From Haplodiscus bocki (taxonomy: Eukaryota), in assembly GCA_965655095.1 (NCBI GenBank), contig OZ296648.1, positions 22,506,001 through 22,570,000 on the forward strand: DNA of 64,000 nucleotides. Reading direction: 5' to 3'. A model generated the notes under the pieces. That model saw only the letters and a program-made list of their open reading frames with translations. It was not told the DNA's origin and did no database searches. Shown here one piece after another: positions 35,943-46,554 of the stretch (the first letter of the stretch is position 1; the number at the start of each line of letters is the position of its first letter). The translations under genes were made by a program, and so were the position numbers.

Positions 35943-37258
35943 GTATAGAAATCAGTGTTGGAATTGATGTTTGTAAAAAAACCTTTGAAAACCAAATTCA
36001 AAACAGTAGTTTCGTTTTTAACCGTTTATAAAAGTTGATCAAAATATTTGTAGTTGCTTGAAAAATATGCCAGTGCTAACCGGCCGTCTTGTGCAATATT
36101 CTTCAAGGGAGCTGCTACTTATAAGGAAACATTTTCTGTCAGCGCACAAAGATTAAAAGCTGCCACTGAATTGAAGAATGTTCAAAAGAGTCAAAAACAA
36201 TGAGCAGCTTTCGGAATCTGTTTCACTATTTTATTTAGAAATCTACCAAGAAAAGTTGATCATTGTCAGAAAGTGCGCACGAAAAATAAACTTCTTCGTT
36301 ACGTGTTATTTTGCATTTGCATAATTTCCTTCATTAAGTCACAGTGATGTTTTAATTGTTTAGCAAGGGGCGCAGTGACGTATTGGAAAATGCCCCTATA
36401 TACAAAACTGAATCTGCAAAGAATGTGACAACTTTGATCAAAATTAGCTTTTTTTAGTTTTATCTTTTAAATTTGGTCTTTTCACCGTGAAAAAAAATGA
36501 ACTTTTTCATGAATTAAATTACAAAATTCGACATTTTAATCACCCAATTTTATAAATGTTCCAGAATTGCATACTGGAGGTGTCCCAGAGGCTTCAGGTG
36601 ATTCATCAATTTTAAAGTTGATAGTGTTGAATGAATCATTCATTTTGTCCCGTTTTGGTAGTTTTTGAACTGGTCAGTCTATCTCAAGTGCACCCGAGTA
36701 TTGTTAATATATTGGGGTAATAATGTAGTTTATTGTGTGGTAAAGTACAAAATCGCAATTTCAGCAAATTGAAAGGAAAGAACGTTTCTTTACGGCGTCT
36801 GTATCGTGTTGTGTTGGTATGTGTGCAAAATTTGCTGATCCGTAAATTAATTGTTACTACATTAGAAGCTCCATAATGCTCCATAATAGACCTTAGGCTA
36901 ATTGCTTAATCATTTTTTCGAGTTCATATCTCCATCATATTGGCATAAAAATCTTTTTTTTTGTCTACGCGCTACCTCCAGCAAACTGAGTTAACCACAA
37001 AACCCAGAAATTCAAACTACATTAACTCAGAAACTCAAAAGATTTGAATCGTTGCAAAATTGTGTCGTTAATGTAACAAGAACTTGAAGTTTGCCCACAG
37101 ATTAGAACACTATCAATTGATTGAAAAAAAATACGTCAAAGAACCTACAGAAGATGATATTCTCTACGGGGTGACCTTATTAAAGATCACTAGTTGCTTA
37201 CACCCGCGTAGGGACTCCGTGTTGTTGCTGAGCTTCTCAAGAAAAACGGACAACTCAC

Positions 37259-37310
37259 TCACTCATGCTCCGCGGGTCACTGCATCCATTAGTGGCAGTA
37301 AAAACAGGGC
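37259..37310 (-). CDS. Candidate upstream exon of the hidden gene (PVFTATNGCSDPRSMSE; the ATG at 37266 could be the start)
   Basis: Acceptor gttcag|, two tandem GTGAGT donors 4 nt apart; the distal donor gives phase 2, matching 33180-33283. Confidence 0.45.
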
Positions 37311-38314
37311 CTGAACTTTACGGAATAGCTTTTTAAAGACTGGCTCCTAAAAAATTTGTACTCAATTTTTCACTCCGATACTGCTAAAATACGATATTTG
37401 GATTGCATGCAAATGGGTAAACATTTCAGTAGACCATTGATGGCCTGTCAAAAAACTTCCAATTAATGTTTGATTCTTGAACCATCGGAATGAACAATTT
37501 TTCTAAACTGACAAACTCTTTTCTGTTGAACGATTTTCTGAAAATTTCATCAACGGGAAATCTGAAAAATGGCTTCAGTTTAATCAATATAACTAAAACT
37601 TGCATTCGATTGAGCTCTAGATGTAAGAAGGTGATTATATCCGACAACATATTCCTCTGAAAGAAATTTTTGACATCTTTTTCTGAAATATGAAACCAAC
37701 TATCAAAAACTGTTGCATGTGCGTCTTCACACCACAATCTTTTTTGTTACCTATGCAAAACTGAGTTTTAAGAGCAGAAACAACTCTAATTGTATCATAT
37801 GCAAAATGAAGGCGTGAAAGTATGAAAATACACCGTTTTTGGATAAAAGAATCGATATTTTGTGGTAGTGGAATAGCCAATACAAATTGATGAGCTGGTT
37901 ACAGCAAATCTCAAATAAACGGACTGGAACCTAGTTTTAAGTGACCAAATCGAGCAAACTGATTGCGTTTTCGTTGTTTCCAAAAGACCGTATGAGTCTT
38001 TCTTTGTCCGTTTCTGATACGTGTGGAAACATTTGTTGCGCTATTTTTTTGTTTACTCTTACCGATAGACACCGTTCATTTGATTTGCAATTGTTAAGTA
38101 ATTTTTATTTGATGAGCTGTAATTTGTTGAAACTTTGGAGCAATTTCTGAGACCTTTCACTCAATTTCTGATGTGGTTCAACTGATCCGAAAACTGTGTA
38201 ATATTAATATATTGTTCTCAAGTTATTGAACTTAACATTAACATCATTTTATGAATGCTTTTACAATCTGCAGGAGCCCCAAAAAGACCAGAGACTTTCG
38301 AGTGACGTCTCAGC

Positions 38315-38545
38315 TAAGACGACCGGCCATCCTTGACATTTTCCGCCCTCTAGTTTTGCTAAAGATCCCTTTTCGAAAGCTTAAAGCCTTGTTTTTTTTA
38401 AAATTCTGTCTTCAGCAAATTTTTTCCAATACAAATTTTTCCTGATTTCTGCTAAAAACAGTCAACTCAAGCAGAAAAAAGTCATTTACATGAATTAATA
38501 TCATATGATACGCATTCTACCACCTTTAATTATTTTAAAAAGTTT
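38315..38545 (+). mobile_element. Copy of the 'AAGACGGCCGG' family
   Basis: Starts TAAGACGACCGGCCATCCTTGACATTTTCCGC; shares ATACGCATTCTAC with the 40087 copy. Confidence 0.65.
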
Positions 38546-40086
38546 AGTCCCACGGCCATCTGTGGAAATCGAAAATTTACGAAGTGAAAAATTCGAATCG
38601 GTTACGTCATATACCCGATAGCTGGCTTTAGACTTTAGATGTTAGGTGTTTCTTTAGATGTTATTCTTGGTCACCGTCTATCTCGAGTTGACCTATTCGA
38701 TTCACCTATCTCAACCAAATTTGGAAATTTCTTAAAAAACCAGAACGTCCAATTTGTAGTGGAAGGGAATAAAATCTAAAGATGGACCTTATTGAATAAG
38801 ACTTGAAGTGCAACACTATTAAATGGAAAAAGATCTAAATTACCCAAAAACTGTAATTGTGTTATTTTTTCTTAAGTTTTCTAGAAGTGGTGATAAAGAT
38901 AAAGGTCTGAATCCATTTTGGGAACAACATCTAAAAGCAAGCAATGACGTACTGCAATTGACTACATTTAGCTTTGGACGTTGATAACTTTTAGATTTTA
39001 TTCCTAAGACGTTTTTTTCCCGTAGATTTTTACACGTTATTTCCGCCCCTACAATATTTTTTAATGATTGTTTTGAGTCGTTTTCATACAGTGGAGGAAA
39101 ATTGTAATGTGTTTTCATCAGACTTTTCAAATTAAAATTCCAATAATTTGAGTTTTTGGTAAAAATTCGTTTTCCCGCTCAATTAGTAGATTCTTCCGGT
39201 TCCCTCCGATAATCCGTGAATGCATATATTTTGAGTTAAACGGGTTTTTCAGACAGTTTAGACCGTTTTTCAAATTTCAATTTCTATCGACGGCGGGGTG
39301 AGGAAATGATAGTGGAGTGCGGTGGATCTCCAGTGGTCCACCAGTGGTTCATATGTGTGATTAGCCTGGATCGACGGTGGCCACTTGTGAAATTATCCAG
39401 CGTCTCAGTAATACGCGTTCAAATATCATGGCAACTATAAAACTATTTTACTATTTTATATCAACCGTGTTACGAAAACGTCTTGAACTTTGCCTGGTGA
39501 ATCTGAAAATAACAAGAATTTTCAAAGAATAGTTGTCAGCTTTGAGCCCGGGTGCGCAACGCATGGCAAAATTTTTTTCGTTAAATAAAAAAACTCACGC
39601 CACGAACTTTAAACTTCAAATCAAGTTTTTTTTTGCATGTGGTCGTCGCATAGGTTTTTTTTGTAAGGGAGACCGCTTACGATTTTTATCAAAATTGAAA
39701 AATTTTGACGTGCTCAAAAATGATTTTTCACTTTTCAGGGATTATTGGGAGTACGAATTTAATGAGGGAGACATATGCAACGGTATGATACATATGCAGA
39801 AAGAACAGCTATGAACTTTGAGTAGGTTTTTTGCCAATTAGACTTGCAGACAAACAACTGAATTAACAGCGCAAAGAAAATGGACACTTCAGTACAAAAG
39901 TAGATAACCGCGGCACCTGGACGAAACGCTCTTGAAATTGCAATTTCTAAATTTCTGTTTTACTTACATCCATTAATTGCTTCATTGTTTATTTGCCCAA
40001 CCGTTAACCGTACCATGTTGAAATTAGTATGTATGTAAAACAGATGGTGTTTTTACCAAGTTATTTCAGTTATAGTGAAAGCATAT

Positions 40087-40500
40087 TAAGACGGCCGGCT
40101 ACCACCGGCATATTTTCCGCTTTCCAATTCTGTAAAAAGGCCTTTTTAAAGGGTAAAAAAAGTTTCGTTTTCAAAAAGTACTCTCCATTAATTTTCCATC
40201 TTTTCCAAATTCGATAATTTTCTAACTTTTTCTGCAATAAAACCTCACAGTTGAAATGGAAAAGACGTTTTCAAGAAAAATTATCAACTAATACGCATTC
40301 TACAGGATACTTCGCCACATTTACCAATTTTGAAAAAAAAGAAAGTTTTGTTTTTTTTTCAAAAAAAAGCAACTTTGTCTTGCTTTTGAGAAATAATCCT
40401 TTGAGTAGCATTTTATGAACTACTATAATTTGGTGATGAAAATTTTCAAAGTAAGAATCTTCCGGTTGCAAGTAAACGTTAAAAGACACACGGGTTGAGT
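40087..40500 (+). mobile_element. Copy of the 'AAGACGGCCGG' family
   Basis: Starts TAAGACGGCCGGCTACCACCGGCATATTTTCCGC; collinear with 27490-27935 (reverse). Confidence 0.75.
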
Positions 40501-41994
40501 GAATTATTTTCTTTTCAGTCCTAGTGAAAAGCGGTTTAAATTTTTATATGATTTTGTATGTTACCTAACACTTTTTGAATGATTTTAAAAGATTCGTTTT
40601 CAATTTTCCATGACAAAATTTTGTCTGTTGCGTTGATATTTTCCAAGCTTCTTTGATGAATTTTTCAAAAGTTGGCGGGGTTCTATGAGTTACAAGTTAA
40701 ATATGAATGACATCAAACCATCGAAATTTTTAAAGTATTACGATTCGACTGAAGTTACTTTAGATTTAGCTGATAATTCTCCAATTTTGCAGAAAGAGTT
40801 GAATTTGAATTCATATGAAACTACTCAGCGTGCTTAATGAACAAATAATAGATCAACAGCCAACGTGTCAAAAATGTAATAAACGCTAAAAGCAAGCGCC
40901 AAACAGTAGCGATGGAAACATTGGAGAAGCGATTTATTTTATTTTATCTCTGCATTCTCCTCAACTTCAACAATTTTTCAAAGCAGCAGTGGAAACTTTT
41001 AAAATAAATGTATGCTAAATGTTTGATTTTTTGTGTTTAATAATTTTTTTGCCAGCACACATTAAGGCAGCATACAAAATATTCATGCAACTTTCACAAG
41101 GGATATTATAAAACCGGGTGGAAAAAATAACAAAAAGAGAGTTTTGTTTCATTGTTCCCGGTTTTTTCTATAAGTACCCATAGACAAAACTAGCAAGACT
41201 TGTGTGTCAATCAAAAGTGTTAACTCCGGATTTCCACAAGTTCTTTCTAGGGCAGTTAAACCAGGACAGTTACACACGATTTCTTAAGATATGTCATGCC
41301 AGCATGAAAGAAATATGAGATGTAAGCATATCCCTAAACTTACGGTATGACAAATATGTATGAAGCCATTATCATCATTAAGATTTTAAAGCAAAGTCTG
41401 TAACAAAAATCGCATACAGGTATAACTGCAGTTATGTTCTTTCACTTTTGGCCCCTTGTTATGAACGAGATTTATGTAATATGTAGACAACAATATGTAC
41501 TATGTAGCAAGTATTGCTCAGCATATTAAAAATCTTTATCCATCTAAAGCCAATGTGCTGGAACAATTCCATGAAAGTAACAGATTCCGCTGAAGGCTTA
41601 AAGTAACTAGCACTAACACAATAGACTCTGAAATGCTCCAACAGGAATAACATTAGCCACTACAAGTGCCCTCTGTGTTGGCCAGTCTACTAGGATAATA
41701 AATCAGCCGGGGTACATTTTTATCGGAAAACATCAGTTTGATGTTCCCCCTATTAATCCACTTCGGACACACACATACAGAAAAAAGAAAAATTTTAGTG
41801 AACAAAGACTGTTTAGATTCATCATAGACTCATACGAAACAACTGAATGAAATAAGCACCTAAACAAAAATCATTTGTTGACATCAGATTGATGTAAACC
41901 TCCGACTGTGCTTTAATCCGTATTTTAAGTTTCTGTCGGTTTTCATCAAAACGATCAAAACCTTCTGTAGAGACTACTAGAATATTTAGAACGC

Positions 41995-42025
41995 ATCACT
42001 TTTCATCCGCAGGATGAAAACTGAT
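41995..42025. repeat. Short hairpin ATCACTTTTCATCC-GCA-GGATGAAAACTGAT; partial copies at about 2694, 25624 and 42250
   Basis: 13 of 14 bp paired; GATGAAAACTGA motif dispersed in the window. Confidence 0.6.
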
Positions 42026-42442
42026 TTAGGCAGAAGTGCTACTTTCGAACCTCATCGTGTCTTTTGATAAAGTTTTAAACATCGTTGGTCTTCTACTCCA
42101 TGCTGTATTGAGCTAACCGTCCCCTTCTGAAAAACAGTGGAATAATGTGATGTGCTAAAAATGAAATGCATCGGAATTCATCAAACCTAGGGACTAGCAG
42201 CTACTAGACAAGGAAAAACAAGATTAGAACTAGACGAAATGATGAAATCCGATGAAAACTGAAGTAGCTTGCAAATGACATAGGAAAATGATTAAAACAT
42301 CAAGAATGCTGTAGTAAAATGACCAATCCCCTGAAGTTCACCAAGTGCACCAAGTTGACGAATATAATTGATGTATTTAGATATAATTCGCCATCTTGAA
42401 GTTATGCAAACTTGTTGCACCAAATTGGCATAATTAGCATAT

Positions 42443-43113
42443 TGTACGAACGTGGCCTCCACGTTTGGGGTGGATTTGCATTCACACCTTAATCAGTTAG
42501 TCAATGGCATAATCAACGAGCCAATGAGAACTCAACGATATTAAGGACTGCGTCTTACCATCGGTAACGTGGCCACGTAAATCCACCAAGCACCACCGCA
42601 AAATTGGCACAACCAACAAGCTAGATTTCACCAGGGCGGAAGCTTACCCGCGTTGCCAATACGGTGGTAAATAATTTGATATTAGTCGATGTAGCCTACA
42701 TTGACCACTAACTCAAGTTTTCATCATTTTTCATCCACATTTGTAAACTCGCTTGCAGTTAGATTCTCTTTTAAAGTAAACTCAGAAATATATCAAACTT
42801 CATCGTTAAATCCAAGTCTTGAAATTTGAATGCTTGATTTTGACTCTTACTGAGAACTAAGAAACGGCAAGGGGTACAAAATGAGCTCAAGCTACACTAT
42901 GAATGAAAACGGTAGTACTGAAGACAACAGAGCCGGTTATTCACCGGGCATTACTGAGGAAGAAGTTGCTGAAATTCGTATTTTGACCCAGGAAGCGGTC
43001 AGCTGAGGAATTGACTCGGCTGGTTCATAGGATGGTGACAACACCGCGTCCGAGTCATTACCCCAGTATTGATTACAGTGCCATTTCTGGCGCAGCCGTA
43101 CATCAGCCCGACA
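42443..43113 (+). mobile_element. Solo LTR, same family as 23627-24440
   Basis: TGTACG...CAGCCCGACA; CCAAT motif; shared core with the minus copy; contains decayed LRNGKGY gag-start-like frame. Flanks ATAT/GTGT are not a perfect TSD. Confidence 0.55.
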
Positions 43114-43780
43114 GTGTGAGATTTTTTGATACGCTCAAAAAAATTCCAAGTCTTGAAAGGAGATTGGGAGTCCAAACAATGGATTTTGAATCACTAAACT
43201 GAAAAATTTTGCAGACAAAAATACCTGCAATTACAGGTAGTTTTACGCGCGCACCGCTGGTATTAGGAGCCCACTCGCGTTTTATCTGCAGTACACGTCG
43301 TTTACCAGCTAAATTTACGAGCGTAATTTTTTACCTGCGGTTACAACAGTCAAGTTTACATGGGTCACTTTTACAGCGTACTTCTCTGCTTAGATTATTA
43401 AATCTTATATATCGTACTTAGATCTAAAATTGTTCAAATTGCAATATATTCCGTTTTTGGATTTTGATTGAATCGCCGAAGTTACGTTCGCGAAACAGTG
43501 ATGAATCTCGGAAACCTCCATAACTAGTTAAATATTGCATTAAAGGTTTGTTTTGTAACTTTGCGATTGCTAACTGTAATTAGTTCTACATAATAGTTAA
43601 TTTAAAATTTAGTTTTATAATACTATAATTAATTAACTGATTACGTAATGTCTGGTTTGAACAAATTTGTGTCTCGGAAATGAAAAGGTTGTAAAAAGTT
43701 GGTCACTGTTCATTTGAGGATGAGGAGCAGGAAGAGCACTACATAAAAACAACTTATCATGCTGCAGCGCTGAGTATGAC

Positions 43781-45433
43781 TCATATTTTCCACACAAAAC
43801 CCAGTCTTTTCGCAGTATTGGCCGTTTGCCCAACTTTCGTTTCTACACAAGCCGGGGCCTGGTAGTTAGGCATTTCGTTTCCATACCTGTCAGCTGATTT
43901 ATAACTGGGTCTCAAGTTTCCATCGCCGTCAAAAATTGGCCCATGTCCACCCCCAAACCCATCATTGGCTACCTTTACTAGCGGGTACAAATTTTTAGCG
44001 CCCCTTTCCTTTTCTTCCGTTATAACTTCTTTCACGTACTTCGTAAACTGTTGGGCTTCCAGACGGAGGAGCTCATTGTTGCGATGATCAACTTTCAGAA
44101 TTTCTTCCTTCGCTTTTTCCTCTTTCTCCTTCCTCTCCTTAGTTTGGGCCAGGTGAATTTGTTTCAGAGCCTTCTCATGCTCGAACCTTTCTCGTTGTTT
44201 CTTCTCTTCCTCTTCCTGGAAAAGTTGGTCGGCCATAATCCTAGCTTGTCTCATTTCCAAGTTTTCAAGTTTTTCACGCTTTTCTTTTTCTTCCCGGAGT
44301 TTTTCAGTTTCGAGTCTGTGCTTGTTTATCGACTCAAACATTTCCATCTGTTGTTTCATTTTTTCCGCGTCATCTTTCGCGTCTTTTTCTTCTTTTTCTT
44401 TCAACGCGTTGAAAACTCTGTCCTCCTCGTCGCTCTTCTTCTGTCTCAAAATATGACCCAACTTTTCAGTTTGTTCATCTCTGATTCGAATTTTCTCATT
44501 CAGCAGATCGTGTTCTCGTTTGGCTTTCAGTTTGGCCATCTCTCGTTTAGCCAGAGCAAACCTCCGAATCCTATCGTCAGCTTCTTCTTCATTTTGCCTC
44601 TGGATCGCTTCTAGAAGAGTTTTGTTAGCCAGCGTTTCTCCGTGTGCCTTCAAAAGTTGCCGTTTTTCTTCGTCTTTAACTTTCTGTACCCGAACCATCT
44701 CATCATTATATTGTCTCAGAGCATCTTGGATCTCAATGCCCTCCATACGGTCTCTAATTTTTTCACGATCTTTGTCCAACTGCTTTTTGCCGATTTGTTT
44801 GACCAAATATTGTCTATTGTCTTCGTTTTGTTTGCATCGCTCCAAAGTTTTTACTCTTTCGTTTTCGATAAACTCGTTCAGCTCCGCTTCGGCTCTAGTG
44901 ACATACTTCGCGTCGGCATTCGCTTCGGCTGATTTGATTCGTTGCCGCAGTTTTAACTGCTCGTCACGTTCCCGTAATACTTCGGTCAAAGTCAGCGCGC
45001 TGTGAAGAGTTTTTACTCGATCTGTCTTCCAGTACTGAAGTTTCTTGGCCTCATCCAAAACTTCTTTTCGTCTTTCGGCTTGATATTTTTCCTCCTCTAT
45101 ATCCAAAAGCTTCCGATCTTCTTCCTCTTTCTCGTCTCGAAGTTTTTTGGCCTGTAACTTTCTAGCTCGGGTGCCTGCAATTGTATTTGTCCAAGTGCTT
45201 ACAAGCTTTCGACTTTCGTTTTCAACTTTTTCCCTGTGAGCTAAATTCGCTTTTGCGATTTTTTCGGCTATCGGTTCTTCGGAAAGCTGGTCTGTAATTC
45301 TCTCCCATTCTGACCTTGGTAGAATGGTGACTTGGTTTAAATTGACCTTTGGCACCTCGGCACTTGCTTCAAGCATTCCGGGATAACTTTGTGTTCCCTG
45401 TTTTTTGGTTTTATAAATAGCGGTCGTAGCCAT
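43781..45433 (-). CDS. CFAP210: Cilia- and flagella-associated protein 210 (CCDC173)-like, trichohyalin-plectin-homology coiled-coil protein, 550 aa, single coding exon
   Basis: Only long intact ORF. Motifs QVTILPRSEWERI, WTNTIAG.RARKLQAKK.RDE.EE..R..LDIEE, QYWKTDRVK.LHSAL.LTEVLRERD.Q, C-terminal GGGHGP..G.LRPSY and KRLGFVW match my recollection of CCDC173/CFAP210; long E/K/R coiled coil. Confidence 0.9.
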   Translation of the reverse strand: MATTAIYKTKKQGTQSYPGMLEASAEVPKVNLNQVTILPRSEWERITDQLSEEPIAEKIAKANLAHREKVENESRKLVSTWTNTIAGTRARKLQAKKLRDEKEEEDRKLLDIEEEKYQAERRKEVLDEAKKLQYWKTDRVKTLHSALTLTEVLRERDEQLKLRQRIKSAEANADAKYVTRAEAELNEFIENERVKTLERCKQNEDNRQYLVKQIGKKQLDKDREKIRDRMEGIEIQDALRQYNDEMVRVQKVKDEEKRQLLKAHGETLANKTLLEAIQRQNEEEADDRIRRFALAKREMAKLKAKREHDLLNEKIRIRDEQTEKLGHILRQKKSDEEDRVFNALKEKEEKDAKDDAEKMKQQMEMFESINKHRLETEKLREEKEKREKLENLEMRQARIMADQLFQEEEEKKQRERFEHEKALKQIHLAQTKERKEKEEKAKEEILKVDHRNNELLRLEAQQFTKYVKEVITEEKERGAKNLYPLVKVANDGFGGGHGPIFDGDGNLRPSYKSADRYGNEMPNYQAPACVETKVGQTANTAKRLGFVWKI

Positions 45434-46329
45434 GATGAAATAACAAGGAATCGAAAATGAATCTTATGCTATCAGGTGCTTTTGCAGTGCTCACTCTTTT
45501 ATAAGAAAATTGTAATTATAGTGGGAAAATCCAGCTACTTACTGTACTTCATGTATACAAAATATTCTGAACGTTTTAATAGCAGTAAAAACAAATGCAA
45601 AAGCTGTGCACGTTTAAGATTTAGAAGCACGTGCGAAAATGTTGGTCAATTATTTTCGCAGTTCTGTTGTTTGGATTGAAAAAAATAGACTTCAGCTGCG
45701 TTTCATCACTGGCGTTTCATTAGAGCTTCAAAATAAGAGCTTTCAAAATCGCGACAACATAGTCAGTGGCTTGAAAATCTGGAACAAATATTCATTACCC
45801 AAATTTGGTTTTAGTCAAAATACCGGCAAAAGGGGAGATTGAAATTAGAGATTGCGTCTTGGACTGTTGCGGGAAATATATTTCTTTGTAAGGTAACGAC
45901 TAGTTCATTGGAGGCTTCACTGGTTTTTTTTGGAAAAAAAACTACATTATTTGTTATTTAATGCAGAAATCACATTTATGCTTTCATGTGAGTGAGATCC
46001 CTTGCCAAACGCTAACATCACTCGTCACTATTAAAAAAAGTTCTTTAAGGACTTCGTTCGGGGAATACGGGACAAAATCTTCGAACGTTCGTGGTTTCCA
46101 TTTTAAAGTATCGCTTTTCGCTTTTTCAGTGTTTGAATTATAATATTTTTCGGCACTTCCCCCACCCCCTCCCCCATACGTTATTTTTTGAATTTTTCAA
46201 ATGTAATTTGTTTCATTATGGACTATTTTTGGCCAGGTTACGCAACAGTCTTTTAAATACAGGAAAAAACATTGGGAAATGTTTTTGTCCGTTTGAAAGT
46301 TTATTTACATAAAAATTTGGCAATGTGTA

Positions 46330-46554
46330 TGTCATACGGTGGACTCCGTTAATCCGGTTATGCAACCGTACCGAATTAGAAGATACAGAAAATAAACTTA
46401 GAAACTCGTTTAAGTACATATTTGTAAACAACAGACTGCGCTATTTTCGGAACACTGTAAATTGATAAATCATTATTACCGAAGAAATCTTTTATGTTAC
46501 AAGTATAAATTAGAAACACAATTGCTTTTTTATTTATTTAGCCAAAATAGAACA
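46330..46554 (+). repeat. 5' LTR (225 bp)
   Basis: TGTCATACGGTGGACTCC...AATAGAACA; direct repeat of 51782-51991. Confidence 0.92.

Noticed and set aside
36575-36643. Possible first exon MNDSFNTINFKIDESPEASGTPP|gtatgc of the hidden gene
   Set aside because: Ends in phase 0 whereas the next exon needs phase 2, and no bridging exon was found.
37426-37737. 103-aa minus-strand ORF as part of the hidden gene
   Set aside because: Ends in a stop with no donor linking it to the downstream exons; no recognisable homology.
44051-45005. Plus-strand ORFs of 187, 161 and 96 aa
   Set aside because: Antisense shadows of the E/K/R-rich CFAP210 frame (F/L/S-rich translations).
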